DNA of 63,111 nt, filler included, from Octopus bimaculoides (lineage: Eukaryota), in assembly GCF_001194135.2 (NCBI RefSeq). It is 7 parts of 5 records of this genome, joined end to end, with 100 filler letters (N's around TTAATTAATTAA, not from the genome) between each part and the next. Parts side by side here need not be neighbours in the genome. Positions count along the whole stretch, not along the records: positions 1 to 17,723 come from NC_068988.1; 6 more parts are not named here. The stretch is one strand, 5' to 3'. The notes under the pieces were generated by a model, which had not been told where the DNA came from, made no database searches, and saw only the letters and a program-made list of their open reading frames with translations. Below, in pieces: positions 1-11,442 of this stretch. Each line of letters begins with the position of its first letter. The first letter of the stretch is position 1. The position numbers and the translations under genes are program-made.

Positions 1-32
<32 letters not shown>

Positions 33-1734
33 GTACATTCATGTGAGTGTGTGTGTGTGTATTTATGTATGTATACAAAAATGCAAACACTAAACTAAGC
101 ACTGATAAACTAGTTCAAAGAATAAACTTCTGAAAAAAATTAAAAGGAAACAAACAAAAGAAGACATAAAATAACAAAAGCAAACAACTAAACAATGATG
201 GTTAATGACAACAACAACAACAACAACATTAAGAATTTTTATTTTGGCTTGAATCCAAAGAATTCCGAAGCTGGGTATAGTCAGTTGAATTGAGCCTAGT
301 TCGTAACTGGTATGATTTATTTTATAAATGCTGGAAGTTGAAAAATACCTTGGTAGAATTTGAATTTTTAATGCAAAGATTTTAATTCAGTTCTCTGCCA
401 TTTCTGCTTTTACACCTACCACAAAAAAAGCAATGGGTACATTGTAAATGTTGGTGAATAAGTCGCTTGGTTTGTTATCATCCTTGGGTGTCTTTAGCAC
501 CATTTATACTGTTGCCAGTCACGTTTATATTGTTCAGGACCCGTTTCTGGTCTGTGAACTACTTCTGTCCTTCCAGTGTCCAGTCTTAAGTATTAGAGTT
601 CCTGCAAATAGACACAGACACTACTACTTCTCTTCTTCTAAGCCATTAAAACAAAAAGAACAAAAATATCGGTTTTTAAGAATTTCTTTACATTGATATC
701 AGCCCCTAAGTTTTAGAAGTTGTGTCCATCAACTTCTTTAGGGTTGGCACTATAATATATGCACTTTGTTCTTTGGTGTTAGGAAGGGCATCTAGCAATA
801 GGAATCATCAAATATGGAAAATATGGAGATGTGATTGTCTGTTAACAATTGAGATGTAAATGCATGGGCCATGCACTTTCAGAAGAGAAACAAGTTTTAT
901 AAAACAAACTTTGAACTTTTGTGAAGAAGGTATTTAGACTGAGAGAACTATGGCTAAGAACAACGAGGAAAGCGATTGGATGGATATAGAGGAAATGCAC
1001 TCAAGATAGATTTAAGTTGCATGTGTTCTTGAAAACCGAATGCATTTTGTGGTGGATGTTAGATAATTAATCTAATGTCAAATTTAAATAATACAGTAAT
1101 ACCATCGAAAAAGGCACAAATATCCCAACATTTGTAATTTAATCTAAAAGCCTCAGGCTTCCTGCCTACATTATAAATTAATAATAATGCAATTTGTTGG
1201 TATTCGTTGCCATGATCTTCATCGTTATCATTTTATTAATGTCCACTTTTCCATTCTTGCAAGAGCCAGACAGAATTCATTTAGGCAGATTTTCTATGGC
1301 CCAATGTCCACCTGTCTACATTCAACTGTTTGAAGCAAGGGATTATTTTCCCATGTCTAAACATGTTTTTTGCAGAAGAGATTGGAAATGAACGACCTTG
1401 AGTGTATAATGATGATGCTTGTAGAGTACAGGTGGTGGAATATAATAGAATTGGTAGAGTGAAGAACTTGCAGAATTCAGTTGTGACCCATGACAATCTG
1501 AGTTCACATTCCACCAACACCAGTTTTTGCCTTTCATCCTTCTGTGGGGTGAGGGTGAACAAATAAAGTAACAATCGAGTATTTGGTTGATATAATCCGT
1601 ACTGAACTGCGTGATTTTGTGCAATGTTTGAAATCAATACTTATATACGTAAATGTTTTGAATATCACATAATGTAAACAAAAATTTTTGTTATTAGATC
1701 TTCTAATTGTATGTTTCTTTAGACAGTGAATCCT

Positions 1735-2085
1735 ATCATCATCATCATCATCATCGCCTTTTAACGTCCGCCTTCCATGCTGGCATGGTTTGGACGGTTT
1801 GACTGAGGACTGGCAAGCCAGAAGGCTGTAACAGGCTCCAATCTGATCTGGCAAGGTTTCTACAGCTGGATGCCCTTCCTAATGGCAACCACTCTGAGAG
1901 TGTAGTCGATGCTTTTTAAATGCCACCAGCACAGGGGCCAGTCTGGCGGTACTAGCACTGACCATACTTAAATGGTGGTTTTATGTGCCATTGGCACAGG
2001 AGTCAGTCACGCAACACTGGCAATGACCATGCTCGAATAGTGCTTTTGCATGCCACTGGCACGGGAGCCAGTTGGCACAGAAACT
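1735..2085 (-). mobile_element. Family C retroposon, (GAT)n tail, with ~65-bp internal subrepeats
   Basis: (CAT)n then GCCTTTTAACGTCCGCCTTCCATGCTGGCATGG...TTCTACAGCTGGATGCCCTTCCTAA, homologous to 58653-58985, 59747-59997 and 56503-56705; three subrepeats of TTTT.TGCCAC..GCAC.GG.GCCAGT. Confidence 0.85.
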
Positions 2086-2257
2086 CTGTATTATGCTGGA
2101 GTCTAATTTTGTAAATTTCATACATTCTGAACTTGATGATAACCACAACAAACTGACATGTTTTCAAACATAATGTATCTAGGACTATATTATCCAATGT
2201 ATCTTTTCTTCTTTTTAAGAAAGTATATGACTGTAGATCATCATCTTCATTTTTATG

Positions 2258-2508
2258 TATTAATGACAAAGGTATTATTAATACTGAGAGTTAATAATTA
2301 TCCCCACTTAAACATGGATGTTCTATTAGAACAGACAATACTGCAGTCGTCACCATGAGAGAAACTCTCATATCGGCTTCAGCAAAAGGCAAATATGAGA
2401 CTTTCTCTCATGGTAACTACTGCAGTATAGACTGTTCTAATAGAACATCCACATTTAAGAGGAGATAAACATTATTTCTTGGTATTAATAATGCCTTTGT
2501 CATTAATA
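2258..2508. mobile_element. Foldback/MITE-like long inverted repeat (~116-bp arms, 19-nt spacer)
   Basis: Arm 2258-2373 is the reverse complement of 2393-2508 at high identity, e.g. GGATGTTCTATTAGAACAG / CTGTTCTAATAGAACATCC. Confidence 0.85.
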
Positions 2509-3070
2509 TATCTTTTTAAACGCTATTTATGGGGACAAAGAAACAAAAACTAAGATGTTTACAGCTGGAATATTTTGATAAAAGGTCTGTTCATTCATGC
2601 CTGAGGACTAAACCACAACAACTTCCCCCTCCCCGACTTACATACCCTACTACTACCTCTTAGATATTTCAATAACGAGAATGGGGGTGGGTATGATTTC
2701 ACATCTTACAATACATTCCAGTACAAAAACAATATAAATAACACAAGACATGACACAATAGCATTGCAGTTCCCTTGATATCCTAAAACAATTTGCAGAA
2801 ACTCATCACATACTTCATCTAACTAACTTACAATAACTTCCTCCCCAGACATCAGTTTCTCTTCTCCTTCACACACACATCCAAGCTAAAAGTAACCACA
2901 TGGCACAAACAATACCTCCACGACTCTACTTCAAACATCTGCNNNNNNNNNNNNNNNNNNNNNNNNNNNNNNNNNNNNNNNNNNNNNNNNNNNNNNNNNN
3001 NNNNNNNNNNNNNNNNNNNNNNNNNNNNNNNNNNNNNNNNNNNNNNNNNNNNNNNNNNNNNNNNNNNNNN

Positions 3071-3301
3071 CCACCACCAGCACCAGCACTTCTACCATCA
3101 CCGCTACTGCCACCACCACCACTACCATCATCGTCATCACCACTGCAACCACCATCATCATTATCACCATCAAGACCACCACCACCACCACCACAACCAC
3201 CACCACCATCATCATCATCACCACCACCATCATTGTTATCACCACCACCACCATCACAGCCACCATCATCACCACCATGACCACTACGACCAGGACCACC
3301 A

Positions 3302-3332
<31 letters not shown>

Positions 3333-3580
3333 AATCATATCATCATCATTATCCTCATACTCTCTCCCATCATCATCATCCTCATATCATCATCACCACC
3401 ACCACCACTGCCGTCACCGTCACCACCGCCACCACCACCAATGTCACTGCTGCCACCACCGTCATTGCCGCTGCCCGCACCACTGCCACCACTGCCAATA
3501 CCATTGCTGCTGCTGCCAACGACACTGCCACTGCCACCAGCACTGCTACCACCACCACCACCACCACCATCATCATCATA
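3071..3580. repeat. Compound (CAC)n/(CAT)n trinucleotide repeat
   Basis: Read directly; explains the poly-P/T/H/V ORFs at 2900-3673. Confidence 0.95.
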
Positions 3581-4209
3581 ACACTGACAATAATAAGCAA
3601 AGTAAAATAAATAAATAAATAAATAGATAAATAAAAGAACGCTTTCAAAAGAAATGATGAAAAAAAAAAACAAAAATCATTAAAAAAAAAAAACAGGCCC
3701 TTATGGGACTATTTTCCACACAAGAGACATAATTATATATACAGCTCACAGAATTTAACAACATTAGAATCACCAACATAGATTCTGTAGTACAGGCATT
3801 CAACAAAATAATTGTAGAAGCTTAAAATAATAATAAGAAAAAAAACAAACTAAAAAACATTACACAAGGAGAAATATATAAAAAAAATATACAACCCTAA
3901 CTAAACAAGTGAAATTATATTTGGTTTCTTTGATAGATCTTCACAGTGTTTGTCTTTGGAAAATTTTATTTTGTTTTCATATTTGTATTTTTCATGCATG
4001 TTCTATGTTTTTCTTGATAATTCTTCCTTATCCCACAAGTTTTCTTCATTCAGTTTTGGGGGTTTTTTTTTCCCCGAGTGTTAGAGAAATTTAAGAAAAA
4101 AAAACACAACAAGGAAATAAATAACAAAAAAGTACTTAAGGAAACAGATCGGATTGTCATTTTACTCAAGTAGGAAAACCTAGAAAAAAGACATCACAAA
4201 ACATAAATA

Positions 4210-4490
4210 AGAAAGAGACTGGAATGAATACACACATGCACACACACATACAGAGAAATATATATATANNNNNNNNNNNNNNNNNNNNNNNNNNNNNNNN
4301 NNNNNNNNNNNNNNNNNNNNNNNNNNNNNNNNNNNNNNNNNNNNNNNNNNNNNNNNNNNNNNNNNNNNNNNATACATATATGTATACATATATGTATACA
4401 TATATATATACATATATATTTATATATACATACATATATATATGTATATATACATATATATATACATATATATATATACATACATACATA

Positions 4491-4526
<36 letters not shown>

Positions 4527-4676
4527 AACATATATATATACATATATATAGGTATAATTTATATGTATGCATTATATATACATATTATATATGTATTATA
4601 TGTACATACTAAATATACATACATACATATATATATATTTATATATATATATACATATATATTTATATATATATAA

Positions 4677-4743
<67 letters not shown>

Positions 4744-4760
4744 CACAACAGATACATCAC
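4210..4760. repeat. Compound (TA)n/(CA)n microsatellite spanning a gap
   Basis: Read directly. Confidence 0.95.
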
Positions 4761-6182
4761 ACATGCATATGCACACAAACATATGTTTGTGTATGACGAT
4801 ATAAATGGGTGTGCACATTCATCTATATATATACATAAACTCACCGGTGGATACGCATGCACACACTGACACGCACACACATAAATGCACACGCACAAAC
4901 ACACAACCACATCCTATTTATACTTAGCAAGAGATACAGTGACAATGGGTAAAAAAATAAAACATATTAATCTCATACGTACACCCCACTTACACACGTA
5001 TACCGAAGCACATAAACACACACAAGCATCCAAACACACAGTCATTTCCTTATTCTTCCCATACAAAGGTAGAACACAAGAAAGAAGACAAAATAAGACA
5101 TTAAGCAGATCAATAAACATTTTTTCTAAAGTGAATTCAATGATATTACAATAACAACGTCGCAGTTTACCTAAGGTTTATGAAAATAAGATTATTAACA
5201 AATACAGCATAAGAAATGTACGAAACAAATAGAAAATGATACAAAAACTATCCCCTTTATGTCATGAAATAAAAACAAACTATTCTTTCCAACCCTCCCC
5301 ACTTAAGAAATTCTTTGTATTTTCATTTGGTGTCAATAATGTCTGAAGGTGTAACTGTAGTTAAAAAGTTTGCTTTATAACTATTTGGTTCCATGTTTGA
5401 TTCCTCTGTGCTGCACCTTGGGCCAGTTTTTTTACTATGATGTCCTGAGGAAGGCTGATATTGTATGAGTGTGGTATGATAGATAATAACTGTGTAGAGG
5501 GCTGTTGTCGAGTCTCTTTCTCTTTCAGAAAGTTTGCACTTGCCCCCGTAGTAGATAGTTTCCAGTGTGGTTCACACAACACCTTTCTAACAATGCTGGT
5601 TTTTGCGTACATTCCTGTACACAATGTTGGTTTGTTTACATTCCTGTTTGGCCAGAGAGGCTGATAGGATAAGCACCCGACTTACAAAATAAGTATTGGG
5701 GTCCATTTATTTGATTGAACCCTTTGAGATCGTGCTCCAGTATAGTTGCCGTCCGTCCAATGACTGGTAAAAGATGCACACACATGCACACACACACACA
5801 CACACACACACACAAGCAATACTTTCAAAAGCTTTTCAAACATTCGTTACATTGTTCATTAAGACTGCCATCTCTGTCTGAATGTTTTATGTGTGCATGA
5901 GTGTGTGCATATATGAACATGGGTGTGTGCATGTATGTATATGTATGAGTGTGTGTGTGTGTATGTGTTGTCTTGTTTGTCCGTACTGGTGTCTCCCTTC
6001 ATAACTTAGCCAGTCAACAAATCAATGAAATAAGTACCAAACTGAAATATAAACTGGGGTCGATATGATTAGTGAAACAACCTTGAAGACTCTGCCCTAG
6101 CATGGCTACACTCTAACAACTTTAAACTCTAAAATAAGTGTTTATCAGCAGCACCCAATAACTGCCCCACAAAAAAAAAAAA

Positions 6183-6487
6183 ACTGGCACTTAGTTGGTT
6201 ACAATGATGAGCGTTCCAGTTAATACGATCAACCGAACAACCTGCTCATGTGGCTGAATATTCCACAGACATGGATACCCTTGATGTAGTTCTCAAGTAG
6301 ATTCAGCATGACACAGAATGTGACAAGGCTACTCCTTTGAATTATAAGTACAACTCATTTTTGCTAATTGAGTGGACTGGAGCAACTTGAAATAAATCAT
6401 CTAACTCAAGGGTAGAACACATTGCTGGGTATTGAACTCAGTACCTTACAATTATGAGCTGAATACTCTAACCACTAAACTACATGG
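6183..6487 (-). mobile_element. tRNA-derived SINE (SINE-E)
   Basis: Minus strand CCATGTAGTTTAGTGGTTAGAGTATTCAGCTC (A-box) ... GAGTTCAATACC (B-box); TTGCTCCAGTCCACTCA segment shared with 54681-54965. Confidence 0.75.
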
Positions 6488-6602
6488 CTTACAATACAGT
6501 TCTGTATTTAAGAGATGAGGAATTATGTACATTATGTACATTATTTACATTATTTACATTATTTACGTTTGACATATATTTGTCCTCATCTTGTTTGTTG
6601 TT

Positions 6603-6648
6603 AACAGAACGTTTCGGCTGATATACCTTCCAGCCTTCATCAGGGGTC
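6603..6648 (-). ncRNA. Minimal type I hammerhead ribozyme motif (stem I mutated)
   Basis: Minus: GACCC CTGATGA A GGCTGG AAGGTATA TCAGCC GAAA CG TT CTGTT; core intact, stem I disrupted. Confidence 0.6.
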
Positions 6649-6697
6649 TTGGGGAAATTTTGAACCTGGGTTCTCATTCCTAAGGTATTTTTCGATG

Positions 6698-6734
<37 letters not shown>

Positions 6735-6852
6735 GGTCACTGAATATGCCCATAAGCAATTATGGAGTGAATTTTAGGGCTTATGGTGTAGTGGTTGAGA
6801 ATGTGGGCTACTAATCCCAAGATTCCGAGTTCAATTCCAGGCAGTGACCTGA

Positions 6853-6904
<52 letters not shown>

Positions 6905-6962
6905 CAACAACAACATTGAAAAATATCTTAGGGATGAGAACCCAGGTTTGAAATTTCTCCAA

Positions 6963-7008
6963 GACACCTGATGAAGGCTGGAGGGTGTATCAGCCGAAAC
7001 GTTGTGTT
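6963..7008 (+). ncRNA. Minimal type I hammerhead ribozyme (PLE-type, no stem III)
   Basis: GACAC CTGATGA A GGCTGG AGGGTGTA TCAGCC GAAA CG TT GTGTT: 5-bp stem I, 6-bp stem II, CG palindrome replacing stem III, predicted cleavage after 7003. Confidence 0.8.
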
Positions 7009-7611
7009 AACAACAAACAAGATGAGGACAAATATCCGTGAAATGTAAATAATGTAAATAATGTATATAGCTTATGTAGAAAGACACATTAATAGAATAC
7101 TGGACTGTCAACCAAATGGTCAGTAGTTAGGGTTCTCTTATTGACAATGTGCTGTACCACACTCTGTTTGTGACCAACTCTCTCGAATGATAGAGTCCGT
7201 CTAGCTTGAAGCTGGTTGTTGTTGTTGTTGCTGGTGGTGGTAGCAGTAGTGGTGGTGTTATTTAGCCTTTGGTCTACACTGAGCAAATGAACCTATGAAC
7301 TATGATCTAAGACGTTTTCATATTTTTCAAACTTAATGTAGATTGAACTACCTTATCTAATGTCTTCTATTTTTATGATTGTAAGATGTTATTTTTGAAA
7401 GAGCTGGCCACTACTTTATGCAGGTCAAACAACCAAATAACCAGTATATACTTGTGTGTGCATATATATATATATATATATCTTTATTAATATCTAGTGG
7501 AAGCAACAGAGTCTGGGAGTTTTGTGAGTAGGTAATGCTAAATATTAATAAAAATATACATATACTCATATTTTGAGTTGTATTTTTCTTGTTTGCATCA
7601 CCATACCTATA

Positions 7612-7694
<83 letters not shown>

Positions 7695-8489
7695 ATATAT
7701 ATACAGACATACACACACACAGACACACATACATATGTATATATGCATGTATATATGCATATGTCTATGTATATATAAATATGCACATACATATATGTAG
7801 TTACATAGTGTATCTAACATATATCATATACTATATAGTATGTGTTTTATACTTATTTTATACATTATGTGTAACTTTTTAACTACAGTGAGGAGAAAAG
7901 TGATTATCCTCAGGCTAAAACAAATTCACAAAATTCACAGTGGTATGTCTTTCCTTCTGTAAGAATATAATTGTGGTGTATTAAGTGACTGTAATAAGAA
8001 AATGATTTTCCACAGATTTCATATTTGAATGGCTGTTTACCAGCATGAATTTATTTGTAATCTTGTAATTTTGTACTCAGAGACATTGTTTTCCCACAAA
8101 TATCACAATGGTGTTTTTTTTTCGACCCTCTCTTTTTTTTACCCTCCTGAAAGAATGTGTTTATGACTTCATAATTTATAATTAAATGTGAACTCTTTGC
8201 CACCAACTTCAGGGTGGTATTGTTTTTCATCGGTGTCCAGGGCTTGGAGCTAAGATATTCAGTTCCCCTAAGCTAGTTCTGCTACGTTTGTTCCCTTCTC
8301 TTTGCCCTATAATGTACCCCACTTTTTCCAGCCCTAGACTGTGCACCCCTTTTTTCCTGCCTAATAATATGTTACCCTTCTCCTTGCCTATAATGTGTGT
8401 CACTCCTCCCAGTCCTACAATCTATCTCCTCCTCTCCTAACTTTATATTTGTGTGCCTCCTTAAACAATTTTTTTCTTCTAAGTAAAAA

Positions 8490-8893
8490 GTGCAGGCATG
8501 GCTGTGTGGTAAGAAGCTTGCTTCCCAACCACATGTTTCTGGGTTCAGTCCCACTGCATGGCACCTTAAGAAAGTGTCTTCTACTATATAGCCTTGGGTT
8601 AATCAAAGCCTTGTGGGTGGATCTGGTAGACATAAGCTGAAAGAGACCCGTCTGTATATGTGTATATGTGTGTGTGTGTGTCTTAGTGTCTATGTTTGTT
8701 CCCCACCACTGCTTGACAACCTGTGCTGGCATGCTTACATCTCTATAACTGAGTGATTTGGTTAAAAAGACTGATAGAGTAAGCACCAAGCCAATAAAAA
8801 AGTACTGGATCAATACATTTGGCTAAAATTTCAAGGTAGTACACTAGCATGGCTGCAGTCAAATGGCTGAAAAAACGTAAAAGATAAAAGATA
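8490..8893 (+). mobile_element. tRNA-derived SINE with internal microsatellite (SINE-B), CpG-decayed
   Basis: GGCATGGCTGTGTGGTAAG (A-box), GGGTTCAGTCCC (B-box), internal (TA)/(TG)n, AAAAGAT tail; more than 10 homologs in window. Confidence 0.85.
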
Positions 8894-9379
8894 AGTCCTT
8901 TTTACATCAGCTGAAAAATGCAGTTGTAAAATTATAGTCAACTTGTGTACAAGAAATGTGTAGAATTATTATCATGCATATGACCAAGTAGTTCTGTTTT
9001 CTCAAAATTTTCAATACTTCACACTGAATCATGTGATATGTCATAAGCCCACATGAGCTTTTCATCTACTCTACCTCACTCCATCTCTGTCCTCCATTCA
9101 ACTCTTTGTTCCATCCAATTCTGTTCTTCATCCAGTTCTATCCTCCAGCCTGATCTGAAAGTTATTTAAGTTTTTATAATTTTTGCAATACTCCAAATTT
9201 TAATGTTCTGGGTGAATGCAAAGTTTACTTAGCATATAGCACTGACTCTACCTGTGTCAACACATTTATGAAGACATAAGCTATTAAGATTTTTCTTTTT
9301 CCTCCAAAATTTCCCAGTGAATTTTTCTTATTGTACATTTGTATCAACTGAAATGTAATGGAAGCTAGAAACAGAGCTG

Positions 9380-10170
9380 ATCTTATAGATGTTTATTGTT
9401 CATTTCACAGAGCTTCTCTCTGTGAACTATTTTATGAGTTGAAAAGCTATTGCTCGTAGATAACTCTTTGCCACTTATTTCATATTTATCTGATATTTTC
9501 CCCTATATAAATATGTTTGTGAGTTTTAGCATGAGATCTCCCAGCAAGTTCTTGGTACAAATTTCATAGCAAACAGTAGTTATGGTTATTTCACCAATCA
9601 GAATGTGGTTATGTTAACCTAATAATATACTGAGCTAGAATAACTTTCCACAAACTTCAACTTTGCAAACTTTTTCTTTATGACTAATTTTATGACTGGA
9701 CAAGCTACAACTTGAAGATAACACTTTACCATGCATTTAACATTGGTATGGCATTTATCCTGTGTAAATATATTTGTGAACTTCAATTGATTATCCCAAA
9801 TAAACCTTTCCACAGAAATTTCACTCTTGTATGATTTTTCTCTCATGTGAACTCGTTTGTGATGTTACTTTACAGTTACAAGGAAACTTTTCCTCTACAA
9901 GTTTTACTACTGAATAGTTTTACTTTGTGAATTCATTTATGACCAGATAAGGTATGGTTAGAAGGAAATGTATTTCCAAAAATTTTGCATGGAATGCTTT
10001 TTCTCCTATGTGTGTGTATTTAAGATTTGTTAAAGCACTCTTTTGAGAAGACAATCTCTCATAAGCTTCATGTTGGTGTGGCTTTTCTTCAGTATGAGCA
10101 TGTGTATAAGATGTAAGGTCACTCATAGAAAAAGAAAATATTTTTCCCAGCATCAAACATCTCAGCAATG
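9380..10170 (-). pseudogene. Degenerate C2H2 zinc-finger array (~9 fingers; frameshifts and stops)
   Basis: Pieced minus-strand translations: GKIFS..HAHTEEKPH, THIGEKAF, PCKIFGNTF..GHK*IH, HKRVHMREKSY, HKYIYTG*MPYQC*MHGK..SHKISH, EVCGKLF, THKHIYIGE, SGKEL..THKIVH; H-x3-H plus TGEKPY-like linkers (Kruppel-type C2H2). Confidence 0.85.
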
Positions 10171-10479
10171 TATATTGTTGGTCTACTTTTAACTAATCTT
10201 CCAAAGCATAAACATCAATAGGATCAGTACTATTTCTGGTTTCCATAACATTTCAGCAGATACAAATTTAATCTGCCCTTGGATAAGACTCTGGTCGAGA
10301 ACAGATAAGTTTTTATCACTGGTGGAACTGAACCCAGTGCATTAAATCTATGTGATATTCTACCAGTTCTGTGTTGTTTTACTGCTAAAAGCAGTGAAAA
10401 TCTTTAGATTTGAAAATGCTCAAGCTTCTGATGTTTAACATTAAAAACTAAAATTCAGAAAGGTGCTATTTAATATAAT

Positions 10480-10870
10480 AAAAATGGTTTCATATTTTGG
10501 CACAAGGCCAGCAAGTTTGGGAGTGAGGGCAAAACAATTACATCAACCCCAGAGCTCAGCTTATTTTATCAGCCCTGAAAGGATACAAGGCAGAGTAAAC
10601 CTTATTTCTTTATTGCCTACAAGGGGCTAAACATAGAGGGGACAAACAAGAGCAGACAAAGGGATTAAGTCGATTACATCGACTCCAGTGCATAACTAGT
10701 ACTTAATTTATCGACCCCAAAAGGATGAAAGGCAAAGTCAACCTCGGCGGAACTTGAACTCAGAACGTAACAGCAGACGAAATACTGTTAAGCATTTCGC
10801 CCGGCATGCTAACGTTTCTGCCAGCTCGCCGCCTTGGTGGAATTTGAACCCAGAACGTAAAGATGGACTC
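10480..10870 (-). mobile_element. Older SINE-A copy interrupted by a younger SINE-A
   Basis: 10480-10601 (GGCACAAGGCCAGC..GAAAGGATACAAGGCAGAGTAAACC) continues at 10836 (GGTGGAATTTGAACCCAG), matching the consensus across the insert. Confidence 0.7.
10602..10835 (-). mobile_element. Young tRNA-derived SINE-A (tail type 1)
   Basis: Minus GGCGGCGAGCTGGCAGAAACGTTAGC head, GAGTTCAAGTTCC B-box, GCCTTTCATCCTTTTGGGGTCGATAAATTAAGTAC core; near-identical to 60719-60950. Confidence 0.9.
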
Positions 10871-11222
10871 AGCCCTCCTTTTATCCCATAGTTTCACACC
10901 ACACATTGCTCTAACCATTGCTCTCTTGGTCCTTCTCAAAATGCCATTTCACTTTCCCTCAGACACCAGGTCTCTCTCACTCCCATACAACATTTCAGAT
11001 CTCATGCAACTCTGATAAACCCTTCCTTTCATCTCCAAGGAGAACCTTTCCCATATAATAATACTAAGTGTTTGCTTGACTTTTGAAGAATGGTGAATCA
11101 TAGTTTACCTTTGTTCTCTTTAGAGAAGGGATTTCATTGTCATTTGGAAGAAATTCTTCCTCTTCACCTATTTTCATTTCATTTTATATAATTTCCCTTC
11201 CTTTTTTCCTTTTGTATTTTAT

Positions 11223-11442
11223 AAGGCATTAAGCTGGTAGAATTGTTAGTACACCTGGCAAAATGTGTAGCGACATTTTGTCCATCAGCCTGTTCCAAGT
11301 TCAAATCCTGCCAAGGTTGACTTTGTTTTTCATCCTTTTGGGGGTCAATAAATTAAGTACCAGTGAGACACTAGAGTCAATGTAATCAATTAGTTCCCAT
11401 CCACAAAATTCCAGGCCTTTTGCCTATAGTAGAAAGGATTAT
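11223..11442 (+). mobile_element. SINE-A (tail type 2), CpG-decayed
   Basis: Same head and core; tail CAGGCCTTTTGCCTATAGTAGAAAGGATTAT. Confidence 0.8.

Larger units (their letters stand above)
6493..7063 (+). mobile_element. tRNA-headed hammerhead-containing short element (HHR-SINE), copy 1, with inverted 3' duplication
   Basis: Sense unit: TATGGTGTAGTGG (A-box, ~6783), GAGTTCAATTCC (B-box), (AAT)n, hammerhead, AATGTAAAT tail. Antisense arm 6496-6740 mirrors tail, hammerhead and (ATT)n. Possible decayed TSD TACATGGCTTAC (6481-6492) / TATATAGCTTAT (7064-7075). Confidence 0.85.

Noticed and set aside
1281-1637. 118-aa and 93-aa minus ORFs
   Set aside because: Overlap a decayed SINE-A core (GAAGGATGAAAGGCAAA..GTGGAATGTGAACTCAG); no recognisable protein.
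2900-3673. Pro/Thr/His/Val-rich ORFs up to 135 aa
   Set aside because: Translations of (CAC/CAT)n repeats and Ns; no domain evidence.
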